A stretch of 63,764 nt of DNA, filler included, from Reticulomyxa filosa (GCA_000512085.1; 24 parts of 24 records of this genome joined end to end with filler, not necessarily neighbours in it); one strand, 5' to 3'; positions 37,209 through 50,720 are shown, numbered from the whole stretch's first letter. Program-made: numbers and translations. The notes: generated by a model from the letters alone, not told the origin.

Positions 37209-38899
37209 TGTGCTTATCTACACTTGAGCTCATTAATCAAAAATAAAAAAATGAATTTTTTTATTTTTGATTATTCCTTTTACGTTGTGTTGTGTAACGG
37301 ACGATTAAAATACAAAAACTGCTTCTCAATAAAATGAAGTGCAGAAGAGAAACATAAGGTAGCATATGGCTCTTTCGCTTATCAGTAAACTAAGCATGTT
37401 GAATCAAGATCTAACGCTAAGAAGCACGATTTCGATAAACTTTTCACTCTCTTGTTTTGTTATTCATTGCGACCTTGTCGAAACTTGCAAGCAATAGTAA
37501 CTTTGATAAATGCAAAGTACTTTTCATTATTCCAATGTGTTATATAAAATGCTAATGATATTTTAGCACAAAGAAATGCTAAAAGAAGATCTAATACATT
37601 GTAATAGGAGACAAACGCCTAAACACGTAATATAATTTTTCTAATTTTTGAAAATAATTAGCTAAAACGCTAAAGAATATAACAAATCCAAATAAAGAAA
37701 GCAAAGATAAAAATATTTGCGAGTCTACTTGCAACAAACGAGTACCCAAGGTTTTTCCAAGATTCAATATAGAAAAATAAACATTAAAGCATCTGTGATA
37801 AAATATGGCAGGATTAAATTTAATGCACCGTTTGGGAAATTCCGAGGATACCCCATCTCCTGATGATGTCAAAATCACTGTGGAAGGTAACTTGTATGAC
37901 TTTACGAACCTACAAAAAACAAAGCATTGTCGTGCATGATACAATGGGAAAGGTGGTTCAACAACGAACGAAAAAAGTTCCTTTGACGACAAAGATGATG
38001 TTTCGTTTCATGCGTCGATTTACTTTTTTTTTTTGACATAAGAAATACAAAAAAGTGTCATGTGTAGAATATTCAGATAAAAAAAAAAAGTGTACCACTT
38101 AAAAAAAAAACAAAACAAAAATAAACCTTCAGCCCGAAACATATATGATTGTGTACCAAGAATTGAAGGAGACAATTCAGAAATTGGAGGACAATGTACG
38201 AGAAGTAGATAACCATACGGCACGACTAATTAAAGCTACATCAAATTCGGAAGAAAAAGGTGATTTACTGTTTGCCTGTTTGTTTGTGTTGACATATTTG
38301 ATTGATTGAAAATGTACCTTGTGACGTGGGGTGGTGGGGATCCAACATATGGTGTACTTTAGATGTGATAGCTCAACTGAGTACATTAATGGCAGGGAAC
38401 AGTAAATTGTCACAATCGGTGAAGGTGATGCTTAAAGATCAAAAACTTGCGAATGATAAATTTTGCGTGGAGAGACCAGGATCAAGTGTGGGACAATGGC
38501 GNNNNNNNNNNNNNNNNNNNNNNNNNNNNNNNNNNNNNNNNNNNNTTAATTAATTAANNNNNNNNNNNNNNNNNNNNNNNNNNNNNNNNNNNNNNNNNNN
38601 NATCTGAAAAGCGAACTGGACTATCGAGTTGTGTTAATGAGTTTGAGACTAGTATTGTTTCGCAAAGATTATGTGTCGTTTGGCTGTCGTTGGGACGATA
38701 CGTTTTTAAACTCAGTTTTGGCATCTTGGCAAAGTCAGGTTGTCTTTTCCAGGCTACGAAAATCCATGTTCACATCTGCTGAGCGCTTTTACGGTGTACC
38801 GCTTATGAACAACAATGCTTGCGCTATTTTTTCGGTTACGTTGCTTACTTCGACAATTGCAAGTTGATTAATCAAGTATATCTTTGGCGAGGTCGGTTG

Positions 38900-39271
38900 A
38901 AATAATTCCAAAGTGCCATAGATTTCGAAGCCAGTCAATACCAAAGCAAAATTGTCACTTGAATTTAGTCCGCTGATAATGATTCTGAAATTGTGATAGA
39001 ATTTCTTCGTCGTGATTTTCCATTGATGGATCTGTCCGGCTTTTTTTTAATGGCTTGTCGTTATTATGCTCGATCACTCTTGACACCCTTCCAGTCTCCA
39101 ATTGCGCAATGCATTGCAGCCACTGTATAAATAATGTCGCAATTTGTAATAAGAAGGACAGATCAGTCTTTCGCCAAAGTCAATAGCCACACGACAATTG
39201 GATTTCGATTTGGTGAAGCCGCAAATGGCAGGTTTGCTATTGAAAGATAAGGTCTTCATTCGAACATACAC
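38900..39271 (-). pseudogene. HECTD1-type discoidin/SUN-like domain remnant
   Basis: VAIDFGERLICPSYYKLRHY...ALRNWRLEG*...FRIIISGLNSSDNFALVLTGFEIYGTL, with a stop and a frameshift. Confidence 0.7.
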
Positions 39272-39569
39272 TACTCACTCGTCCATTAGTTCGTGTTATC
39301 TTTGCATCACTTAACACGTTCAAAAATAAAGTGTTCATTTGTTCATGCGATTTTTCCGATTTAAAAGGGTTAGTCTCAAGTGTTTTTTTTTAACTAAGCA
39401 AAAAACTCAACGTACCAAATTTCAAACAAAACCAAAATATTTTTGTAATTGTCACTTTTTTTTTTGTTAAGAACGTGTTCTCAAACTATTATTTTTTTAT
39501 TTTATTTCTTAAACAACTTCAACTTATATACTCCCTTGACCGAACACATAATCAATAAAAACAAAAAAA

Positions 39570-40875
39570 ATGCCAGAAGAAAAAAAAAAGAGTTAAAGGC
39601 GCAAAATGGTGTTGAAGAAGAAAATCAATTTGAAACAGTGACAAAGCTACTTCGCGAACAGCTGGAAATAAAAGATCGTGAATGGTACCCAACAACATAC
39701 AAAACATGTTTTGTGTGGAGAGGCAGTGTCACTGCCCGTGAGCTCAGGTGTAGCAAAGACACGCGAGCAAGCAGTGGAACTTGTGAATTTGATGCTTGTG
39801 GTGAACGTCTTTGGACACGTGACAAAAGACCACAGTTCAATGATGACAACTTGTACTATCGTTTTGTAATGGACGAAGTCAGCCACGGCAAAAAAGAAAA
39901 AAACGAGGAGACCTCACAAGACTGGAGCTGGAGATACTTGGTTCCCGGGCTGTTTCGGACCGAACAACGAATCAATTTGCAAGCCAAAGTCAAAGACTTG
40001 TCGTTGGAAGTTGGAAATGCTAAACTTACTGAAAACGACACGTTTTGTATTTGGTCTATCGATAAATACAATCAATGTACATCCAGCCAAATGGATTTTC
40101 ATTAAGCCAAAGGGCAAATACGACATTGTTGCAATTGGTATTTTAAATTTTTTTTAATTAAAAAAATAACATTTTTTGTATACGTATTTTTTTTTTGAAA
40201 AAAAATAAATTGATTGGCTTATTGAGTGCAACTGGCGCAACAGGTTTAGGAGCCAAAGCGGCGATCATCAAATAGAATCTGTTTGCTGGGGACTGCCTGA
40301 ACAGTGGCTGTGTCAAAGGAAAAGTTACTATCGACTTCCCGAAGGTAATGGAAAGAATGCGAAAAATAAGGTTCTTTTTCTTTTTAATAAAGAAAAAAGA
40401 AAACTATGAATAATAATTTATACTTGCTCTAAGTATTTTACAATATATATATTATATAAACATACAATCACAAGAAGTGAACACTTTTGAATGAAAGGGA
40501 CAGGTGTTGCAATGCAATGTGAATAGAGTAGAGATTTTTCATCAAGATGCTTGTGAACGATTCACGAGAGTGTATGTGATGGACGTGTTTTTGGAGCATG
40601 GAAAATTCATATCGAAAAATAAGATACGCCGTTGGCGATTGTTGCACGAGCTATCAGTTCACTCATATGACCGATGCAATGGCCAGAATGGTCTCTGTTT
40701 TTTGGTCGCGCCAATTACAGTGATTTTATTATTCTGTGGCGCACGTACACATTTCCGAAAGTGATACATGTGTGGTTGTACGAAGGAGCTATACAAATCC
40801 GTCGCATCGACTATGACGTGATCAAAGTAGGCTTGGATCACAATGATAGAGCCATTTGCAAAGATGAGACTAGTG
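39570..40875 (+). pseudogene. DEP domain fused to a mercuric-reductase-like pyridine nucleotide-disulfide oxidoreductase (decayed)
   Basis: DEP: LEIKDREWYPTTYKTCFV/GEAV...REQAVEL...FGHVTKDH/FNDDNLYYRF. Then VHPAKWIFIKPKGKYDIVAIG, ATGLGAKAAIIK*NLFAGDCLNSGCV, IDFPKVMERMRKIR, YAVGDCCTSYQFTHMTDAMARMV, WRTYTFPKVIHV and HNDRAIC. Confidence 0.85.
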
Positions 40876-40898
40876 TGTTAACTTCTGTTACAAGGGCC

Positions 40899-42130
40899 TT
40901 GTTGCGGTAATGGATCCTTTGGAAAGTTTGTCATTATTTTTTTTTACGTGTTTCTGTATGGTACTGTCTTTTTTAAAACAAAGAAAAAAAGTGTAATGTA
41001 TTCATATATTGAAAAAGTGAAAGAAGGAGGCAAAAAGTAGCAATAAGTAAAGAAGAAATCAAGAAATACAATCTTATAAGTACGAAGGCATTGGAGATTC
41101 TACCTCATCACAGACACTTGGTTCGTTTGCTAGAAGCGTTGGAGAGCAAATGTTATATATTGTGTTGGAATTGGTCAAATGTGGAGAATTGTTCAATAAA
41201 ATAAGTTGATTTAAAACAAGTACAAACACAACTGCGTATGTTCAATTCCATTTAATCAAAATATGTTTGTTTTTTTATTGTATGCAAAAAAAAGTGGGTT
41301 TTTTTTGACTGATCGGAAAAAAAACAACAAAACAGGACAAAATAGTAAGCTAAATGTAGACGTGTCAAGAATATATTTCCAGCAACTGATAAACGGTGCT
41401 CAATTTATGCATAAGCATAAAATATGTCACAGAGATTTGAAGGTAGATGGTTTGTTAAAAAGTGCAATACATATATCAATTATATGTTATATACAATGTG
41501 TGTATATATATTTATATGAAGCATTGGTCATGTAGAGTTAAAGGCATGTTATAAAATTTGTATTGATTGAATAAATACCTTGGCGAGGTGGGGTGATGGA
41601 AAAAAGTTCAAAAACTTGCTGTGAATGCAAATAGAGTATTGAAGATATCAGACTTTGGACTGTTAGTCTTGTATTCGAGAGAAGGAGAAGTGTTCGGACC
41701 ACGGTAGGGTCCCAATTACGTGGCCCCTGAGGTATAAATGGAAAAGGATGTGACGGTTTTAAGGCTGATATTTGGTCGTGCGGAGTCATTTTGTATACTC
41801 TTTTGCCTGGATGTTTTGTTCTATTTGTTGTTTCTGTTTTTTTAATACAACCTTTTTTTAAAAAAAAATTAGACTTGCCATTTGACGAGCGAACACTACA
41901 TTGTTATTTCAAAAAATTTGCACCTCAGATTTTTGGTATCCAAGTTCGTTTGCGGACGGTGTTATTAGTATGTTTTGTCTGCATCCCCACAATATGGAAC
42001 AAAAAAAACAAACGCATAAATAAAAAATTTGTTGTCTATATCTTACTCCAAAAAGATTTGCTGAACTAAATATTTCAAATCAACCCGAAAAAAAGAGCCT
42101 TATTGGAATAGATTCAAAGACATTATTGAT
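40899..42130 (+). pseudogene. SNF1/CIPK-like Ser/Thr kinase pseudogene
   Basis: GNGSFGK, HRHLVRLLEALE, VLELVKCGELFNKI, YFQQLINGAQFMHKHKICHRDLK, LKISDFG, ADIWSCGVILY and LPFDE, with stops and frameshifts. Confidence 0.85.
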
Positions 42131-43504
42131 TCATTTGGTAATGTTCATTTATATTCGGATATTTTTCTTTTTTTTTTTTTGATGTAAATTGGAGGAAATT
42201 GGACCTAATTGCTAAAAAAAAATGAAAAAGTCAGACGAGATGATGTATGAACAAGAAAAAATAAACATATTGGCAGATACTGAACACATGATCGAAACGA
42301 TCGACAGCATAACACCACACAATCACAAGCATTGTAGCTGGAAGACAGCTATGGTCAATTGATCTTGTAACAGTTGAGCAGCTTAGACACATTGGACGAA
42401 AATGAATGTGTTCTGTTGCTTGTTTGACAAGGTCCACGAAACGACAAAACAGTTTTTGGTACACTTATTTGTAAGGAACATTAAAACTGTGAAAACAACT
42501 TTGTACTTGTGTTATTTTATTCAAATTAATGTTCAATGAGATCTCATAGTTTGATGTAATTTTCAATATCACGCACCAAATTGGATACTTGATTTCAGAT
42601 TTTGTTTCAGAGAATTAATACTATTGCCTCTAGTAAATATGTTCAAATATTGTCTGACATTGCAATACTCTTTACTTATATTGTGAAACCAAGCATTTAT
42701 TAAACAATTTTGGCTTCTTCATTTTTGTCATTCTATTCTTTGATTAAAATTTTCATATAATCACTGTAATTGTTTTTGATTAAATCATTTTCTAAAACTG
42801 CGTTTAAAGCGACGTATGTGGATCTTTGAGTAAACCAGGTGCAAGCAAATATCTTTTTGTTTTTATAGCGAGATATATCAATGGATAAATCAACAATATT
42901 ACCAATGGATAATCATATTGGAACATCTATTAGCACGAGCACTGACACATTCATGAAACGTCAAATGATACACCAATTATAATATCCAATGGTCTGTCCG
43001 TTGCAATGTCCAAGTCAGTATCCATAACAATTTCCAAGCAGTCGCGTTGTCCATGTTCAAAAATACATCAATGACCATTCACACTGCATCTCCACAAACA
43101 TCGCACAAACCAAAACTTTAATTAAAAGCCCTTTAGCGAAAGAAAAGTTCGTTTTCGTAGCCTATATTATTTTTTGTAATATTCCGAATTTCTGCAAGTA
43201 AAATTTGTTTCCAAAATTAGAATTAACGTATCAGTGACAACAAACGTCAAAAAAAATACTTTACAATATGTCAAATATCCTTTTTTTTTCTAATAAGAAT
43301 TGTCTGCAGAGAATAAGAAAATTATTTTAAATGTTTTCTTTTTGTATAATGATACTTTTTCTTGAAGAAAAAGTCTGTAGGATTTTTTCTTTGCTTTTTT
43401 TAAATAAAGTTCAAACTAAAAAAATAACTTTTATCATCATCATTAAAACATATTTATAGATTTTTTTTATTGAAGTTCTTAAGTCAATATTTATTTGTTG
43501 TATC

Positions 43505-44151
43505 ATGGCGCTTAACTTCGTTGATGGATCCACGGCAAAAGGTATTTTTGTTTTTAGACTTGTCTTTCTTCAAGTTCACATAAGTTTTGATAAATTTTTT
43601 GTTAAATGTACTTTTTCATTTTTTTTACTTTTGTAGGCTGGTCTAGGGTGATGGGATTGCTTGTGCGATTGGCATTGGTGAAGATGCAAATGTAACGACA
43701 AACACAATCATCTCAAACAAAAACCAAGAGCTTCGAAGAAGAGGATGAAGAAGAAAAAAAAGGGAATATACAAGTTGAGTGGGATTATTATATGTGTGTG
43801 AATCTAATATTTGTCCATAATCGAATATAGCCAAATGGACGTTTTGACACTGTGCTGCAAACACATAGAATTGCAAGAACGGGTGTCTTTGAAACGCCAA
43901 GATTGTATCGTTTGGCACACATCCACCCAACATTTGATTGCAGATCGTTTGCAGTGTGTTCATGTCGATATTGAAATTGGACAGTGCTCAGCAGTTAAAG
44001 AACGCATATCACTGATACACACTGGAGACAATATCGACGAGAACGAGGGATCGTCCAACGTCATCGACCATAACGAGTCCATCCAGTCTTCCATTGCAAA
44101 CGACCATTTGAACGAAGAGATGTCGCGGATCACGTTCGACAATATGCAAAA
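43505..44151 (+). CDS. Unidentified spliced gene or pseudogene, 5' part
   Basis: ATG at 43505, a GT...AG intron ending near 43637, and an open exon from about 43831 to the contig end; the middle exon contains stops. Confidence 0.3.
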
Positions 44152-44251
44152 NNNNNNNNNNNNNNNNNNNNNNNNNNNNNNNNNNNNNNNNNNNNTTAAT
44201 TAATTAANNNNNNNNNNNNNNNNNNNNNNNNNNNNNNNNNNNNNNNNNNNN

Positions 44252-46147
44252 GTTGTTGTTGTTGTTGACAAAGTCAATCGAGATAACCTTTAAACATAAC
44301 GCAACAGTCACTATTTTTATTACTAGTCTTTTTAATTTTTATTTGTTTGTTTGAAAAAAAAAAAAAATCATAACTACACTAATGGCCAAGTTTTGCATTC
44401 TTTGCTGTTGAATCCCAAAGGCTTCATTGAAGGCAGTTTCTCCTGACAACTTCAAGTTTTCCATCAGGTCATTTGGGAGCAAAGACTTTTCCAACTCTAA
44501 ATAATGGCACAGATACGAAACAAAGCGAACACCCCATTGTGGCAAGTTCGACAGAATCTATTCATTTCGCAATCCCCCTCCCCCCCTCTCTTCTCTTAAA
44601 AAAGAGTTAGTACAACTGAATCACATATAAGTGACCCCCCTCCCCTCCTTCTCTCTTTTTCCATCTTTCTTTAATTGTCTCTTTTCCAAACATACCGAAC
44701 TCCCCACGTGATTAGCCTTCAAATGAGACAGCTCTTGTTCGGTGAGTTCTTGATTGGAATGATGACAAGATTTGAGCAACAGCGCGCACCGATGCAACAG
44801 GTTGTGATGCAGATTCAAAATGCGATTGAATCCTCCACTGCCGCTTCCGATATACGACAAATAGGTCCCTCGACATTTCTGCATGCCGCACAAGCAAATG
44901 GCACTTCGATACTCGGTATCGCTTTCCGTCACACTGTTGTAATCAAACGTCAGCTCCTCTCCCAAGGCAATGTCTTTGGTCGCAAACAGCCCAATCACAA
45001 ACCGTCCATTGGCCGCCATGACCACAGTTTCCACATTCGGCTCGCAGCTGTGAGACAAGCGACTGCCAAAGTTCCCTTTGCGGATTGGGTCCACAAACAC
45101 AACGTCGTAGCCATCGGGGTCGTCTTTGTGTCTCTCCAAAACAATGTTAAAGAAATCCGGAACATTGGGAGCATTTGGCAACGCCCTCTCCAATTGTTTT
45201 TGTAAGTCACATTTTTCGTACCAGCGCCAAGCCGGGTATGCTTCGCCTTTATTCCAATCAATACAAAAAGATTATATCATATATACATATATTTATATAT
45301 ATATATGTATATATGATATAATCCTAAAAAAAAAAAAAACGAACCAAAGTATTCAATAATGAATTCATTCTTTTGGATTCCATTCGAATCGATACACACA
45401 ATTCCGTTCCCTTTTGGGTAAATTGGAAAGAATTCTTCGCAATAACGTCCCTCCGGCCCATTGCCAATGTTCAGCTCGGTCTCGTCAATATCGGTATTGG
45501 CGGGAATGTTTTGCTCAATGTGTTGGAGGAGCTCTCGTGTGATCTCTGCGTCGGTGCTGCTGATATGACTCGGCCCACGATGTAATGGTATCGTCGAAGC
45601 GGAACCGCTCTCGCTGTCGTTGTTGCCATGTTTCGATTTGTGCAATTGATCGTACTGATGCAAGATCATTCGCAGCACTTCCGTAAAAAAAAAAGGGGCT
45701 GTATCTGGGTTGATCGATTTTTCAGTGTAAATGATTTTCTGCGTTTTAAACTCGGGATATTGGCGAGAATAGGAAATAAACGAATTGAATGCGGGCAACA
45801 ACACCATGTTTATAAAGTGAGAAATTTCCTCTTTTTCCAATCCAATGTGCTTGCCTATTTTAATAATGCGATTTCTCGTGGATTGATCGATGCCAAATGT
45901 CGGTCGCTGCTGCACATGTACCCCTAACACTTTGCGTTTGCCTTGGGTTATCAGCCGATTTTTGCATTCACTGGAGGGGCATCCACACGCCTTTTTTTTT
46001 TTTTTTTTTTTTTTATTTAAAAAAAAAATTAGTGTTTGAAACATATTTATGTATATATAAAGCAATGAAATACTCAACGTCACTACATTCCACACAATTT
46101 CTTCGATCTGGGCACTCTGTTTTAAATGCCAGTTCATTCTTTATTAC
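44252..46147 (-). CDS. SET-domain histone lysine methyltransferase, ATXR3/SDG2-like, internal fragment
   Basis: PKGNGIVC...EFIIEYFG, PDFFNIVLERHKDDPDGYDVVFVDPIRKGNFGSRLSHSCEPN and GEELTFDYNSVTESDTEYRSAICLCGMQKCRGTYL match the ATXR3 SET/post-SET signature. Confidence 0.9.
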
Positions 46148-46321
46148 NNNNNNNNNNNNNNNNNNNNNNNNNNNNNNNNNNNNNNNNNNNNTTAATTAAT
46201 TAANNNNNNNNNNNNNNNNNNNNNNNNNNNNNNNNNNNNNNNNNNNNTTTTTTTTTTTTTTACATATTCGTATTATATTTGAATCAAAGGGTATGCATGC
46301 GCCTTTTTTTGAATCACATAG

Positions 46322-46481
46322 GATATCGAAAGAGGGCTCCGCGCCATTCAGTGTCGGCGATGTTTGCCGAGACAATTTTTGAACATTACCAAATCGATGC
46401 TCAAGTGACACCCCTTTTTTTTGTCTGTTTAATTTAATACATATGTACACATACATATATACATATATGCATATATGTATA

Positions 46482-46518
<37 letters not shown>

Positions 46519-47277
46519 ACAATCAACTTTTTGCAAAACGTTGCCGTCCCCTCCCTTCTCAATTATATTGTTGTCGCGCAATATAGCATTTTGGCGAAAA
46601 TTCCAAGCGAAGAGATGACGCGAGAGTGGTCCAACGACGCTTTGGCAAACATGTTCGCGTCCATTCAAACATCCGATTGCATTGCTGCCATTAACGAGTT
46701 CTGCGACAAGTTGGACCCCAATCTCACCGACGCGTCCAATGCCTTCCTCAATTTGGACATGTTCCCCGTTCTCTCTACACTTCACCAAGTTTTGTCCTAT
46801 GTATAATAATGCATATACATACATATATGTATATGTATACGTATATAGTTTTATCATACAAAACAAAACAAAACAAAAGCAATTGCTGGCTCTGCACGAA
46901 AAAATGAACGAGAATTTGCAGACAATTCACCAGATGCTTGGAGTAAAAGACTTGACATGGACGTCGGTGCGTGACGAGCATTATCTCATCGAAATTTCAA
47001 AAGACAACGTGCAACAGCTGTCGCGAGTGCCCGACGATTGGAAATCTGTTAACGAGTGAGTTTGTGCTCTTTCTTTTTTCTGCTCCTCTTTTCATCACCT
47101 TTCATGTGGTAAACTGTTTGTTTGTTTGTTTGCTTGTTTGAAAACAAAAAATTGTGTTAGAACGAAATATGTCATTCGATTTCGACCAAACTTTGTACTT
47201 GAAACGTATTTCGAAATGTGCATAAAAGAGGAGGAGAGAGCAATGTATTCCAAAAAATGTTGGTGGCAATTTCTTCA
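46322..47277 (+). CDS. MSH3: MutS homologue MSH3, internal fragment
   Basis: DIERGLRAIQCRRCLPRQFLNITK and TSVRDEHYLIEI...VPDDWKSVN|TKYVIRFRP correspond to MSH3 lever/clamp segments. Confidence 0.75.
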
Positions 47278-47485
47278 GTTTGTATTTATTTCTCTATTTA
47301 TCTCACTAATAGTAATAAAAAAACAAAGTTTTTTTTTTTAAAAAAAAAAAAAAAATTAAAAAAAAAAAAAAAAGGGACTTTGGTNNNNNNNNNNNNNNNN
47401 NNNNNNNNNNNNNNNNNNNNNNNNNNNNTTAATTAATTAANNNNNNNNNNNNNNNNNNNNNNNNNNNNNNNNNNNNNNNNNNNNA

Positions 47486-47506
47486 AAGCCCTAAGCCCTA
47501 AGCCCT
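47486..47506 (+). repeat. (AAGCCCT)3 telomere-like repeat at contig start
   Basis: Three exact heptamers at the 5' end of contig 47485-51273, C-rich strand on +. Confidence 0.5.
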
Positions 47507-47989
47507 ATCAAAAAAAATCCTTTTTAAAATAATCTTTTATTTATTATTCAAAATTTATTTTTTCTTAGTCTGCAATTAAATCATTTCAAAAAGCAAAAAA
47601 TAAAAAAGAAGTTATGTTTAAATGTTTATTTTTTATGAAAAAATTGATTCTCTTCATAGAGGTGCCATTTAGGTATGCCAGTTGTTTTTTTTTTTGCAAC
47701 CTACTTGTAATTTAATATTGTCTTCACTTCAATGCTTTATCAAAAAGAAAGCTGACACATAAAACGGAACTTTGTTTTCTTCTTGAAAATTTTTTTTATT
47801 AAAAGAAAAATATTTACTTGTAGTTTGTATTTTATCTTTCGCAATTTTTCAAAAATTTATTGATTTTTTTTATTGAGCTTTTTTAACAAAGCATTCTTGT
47901 AATTGTAAAGAAAAGGTATCATTTTTTTTAATAAAAACCATTAAAGATTTAATCTTATAAAACCTTTAAATAAATGTTTGCTCAAATGC

Positions 47990-48245
47990 AATAATATTGT
48001 CGTTTTTTCTGTTATTATGATTACCAGTTTCACTGCACAGTATCCTTTTAATGAACATTACTTGGATACTCAGATAGGCAGTATTCATTTTTGAGTATAT
48101 GATAAGAATAACAGGTTTTTTTTAATTGACTTCCTCTACAAATGATTATTTCGTGTCCATATGCTACACATTGAGACTGATAAATTTTACTTGGTATGTT
48201 GTTCAAAGTTTGGAAATGATCGGGAGTTGAGTGATTCATGTCCAT
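47990..48245 (-). pseudogene. Kelch-type beta-propeller family fragment
   Basis: FQTLNNIPSKIYQSQCVAYGHEIIICRG...CYSYHILKNEY...EYPSNVH*KGYCAVKLV, with an internal stop. Confidence 0.6.
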
Positions 48246-50056
48246 ATTTAAAAGTTTGACGAAGGATTAAGTTTTTTTTAAGAAAAGGGGATGACTTTTG
48301 AAAAAAAAGTAAAAATGAATGCATTAATAAACATTTCAGCAAAAAAATAATCAAAAATAAAGTCTCAAATGTTTAAAAAAAGATCAATATTTCATAACTA
48401 TGAGAAAAACACGATTGTCAACTCCTTTTACATTTCGAAAAAAAATTTGACAAATAAAACATCACCATATATATGATTATAATACATAATTTATTTTTTT
48501 AATATATATGGATATGACCTATAAGTTTCATTAATTGGATCCATATTTTGAAAAATACTACGATGATCAGAGAAATTGGGATGCAACATTGAGAAAATTA
48601 TATAGTAATTATATTAGTCTTATGTTATACGAAAAAAAATTAATGATGATGCAGCATTTGCATTACCAAAGTTAGCTGCTGCAAAGTGTACTGCGCTCTT
48701 GGATGATAGACAATTTGTGGAAACTTTATCTTTATCTATGCAATAATCAAAATACGTGCATTTGCTATTGGTCGTAATGATAACGAACAAAAAACAACAA
48801 AATTTCCAAAATTTATTCCTAAATTTAATCACAAATCTGGATAAATTGTTTCTCAATATTTAAAACATTACAATCACTGGAAAACAAATAAAAATTCTTT
48901 GACATTGGAAAGTTTGGAAATTGATCTTTTTAAAGAAGTTTCAATGAAAATATTTGAACGCAGGAAACAAGCAACAAGTTGTAATGTTAGAAAAGAAACC
49001 TTGCTTGCAGCCACAGAGCCAATTAATAATAACATTCTATTAATTAATGAAAATAAAGAAGATATCATGCATGCGAGTGACAAAGAAAGTAGCAATGACG
49101 CAGAAATATATTAGTCCAAACTATCAGTGAAGAAAACGCTCTCTAGAACAAATAAACAAACTAACGTAGCTATGCCATCGAAAAAAAGTGAAAAAAGAAA
49201 TGAAAAGAAGCGATGCTTCTCAGTGGAAAAAAATTCTAGCAGCAGACTAGCAACAAAAAACAAATGTTGATGAAGTCGGGTCATCAACAATACAGGCAAT
49301 TGTAACGCTGCAAAAAGAAATGAATGCAAACTTGCAAATAATTAAAGAATTGCAGCAAGACCAACACTTACAACTACTGCAACAATTGGAACAACTTTAT
49401 GAAGATATTACAAGTTTCATGGATCTCCTGACAAAAGTGACGAAAGAGCATATTGTGAACAAGTCAAAATTGCAACTGTTACTTCCCCCACCAGTAAATA
49501 TTGCAATGGGCTGTACTAATCAATCCAGAACGTCTAAAAATTTGCTTAAAGGCAATCCAATAATGTAAAATGATACTAATATTTTTGAGAAAAAGTCTTA
49601 GTAATTGTGTTAAGTTTTTGTCATATTAATAATTTTCTTTTTTGCAGTAAAATTCTCAAAAGAGTTTTCTCATCAAATTTCAGTAGCAAATATCCCATTA
49701 AGAAAATTATTTGCAAACATTTTTGCATAGTGGGTATCTGATATTGCGTCCAGCCTGCTGAGTCTTTGTTCAAAGTCAGACGGTATACTGTTGATGCAAC
49801 TTGTGCCTATAGTCATATTTTCGGCGCCTTTCATCTTCATCATAAATTGATCATTTACGATTCTGGTCAATGATTCTATCAATTCAATTACGCTTCTTTG
49901 CTTCGTTGCAAATTTTGCATTTGTTATATGTGCTGCGTTTGCTGTACTTGTTGCATTTGTAGTATTTGTTCATTCAGTCCTTGTTGAATGTTCGAAGATT
50001 GATATATCTTGTCTTCATTCAAATTTGATTTATGTCTTTTTTTGTTGGTATCGCCA

Positions 50057-50720
50057 CTATTCCTTCTTCATCAATTTCACCAAAATTTCGTTTTTTTGGT
50101 ATATTTTTCTCGAATGAACTATCATTTTTTTTGATAGATCATAATTATTATTTTCATGTTCACTAAAGTCTTTGTTGTTAGTGTGATTGTCCATATATAA
50201 TAACGATAACATTGTACCAGTTTCTATTATAATATCTTTACAAACTCCAATTTGTGAAAGTTTCAAACTAAAGTCCAAAGGCTCATTTCTTGTTTTCCAA
50301 AAATTAAAATAGCTAACATAATGTGTAAATATAGTTGCTGATGTTTCAGCAAATCCAGTAAGCAGTCTTGGGAATTTTAATGATTTTTTCTCTGTATCAT
50401 CGTGACCAATAACAAAACTACTCACCTTTTTGCATTCGTCGTCATTGCAAGAGCAAAAAATATATTTGCCGCACAAATTTTTATCGTCTAAAGGTGCGAT
50501 ACATTTCGCTTCAATTAAACGAGGAAGTACATGCATTGCCTCATTTGTAATATTACTGTTATTAAGCATATAATGCATATATGCTGTATTGAACTGTCTT
50601 AGTTTATTATCCCACTTTGAATGTTTTTATAACAAGTTTTAAAATATGCAAATGCGCAGTCTTTGCACATATAATGACCACAAGTGAATTGACATACGAT
50701 TTCATGTTTGTGATTAAATA
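50057..50720 (-). pseudogene. RING/RBR-like E3 ligase remnant
   Basis: IVCQFTCGHYMCKDCAFAYF (50700-50641) ...*... HICIIC, then in another frame KCIAPLDDKNLCGKYIFCSCNDDEC. Confidence 0.4.

Noticed and set aside
39960-40875. Functional merA mercury-resistance gene
   Set aside because: Pseudogenised, has introns, no mer operon, and the C-terminal Cys pair is not visible; only subfamily similarity is supported.
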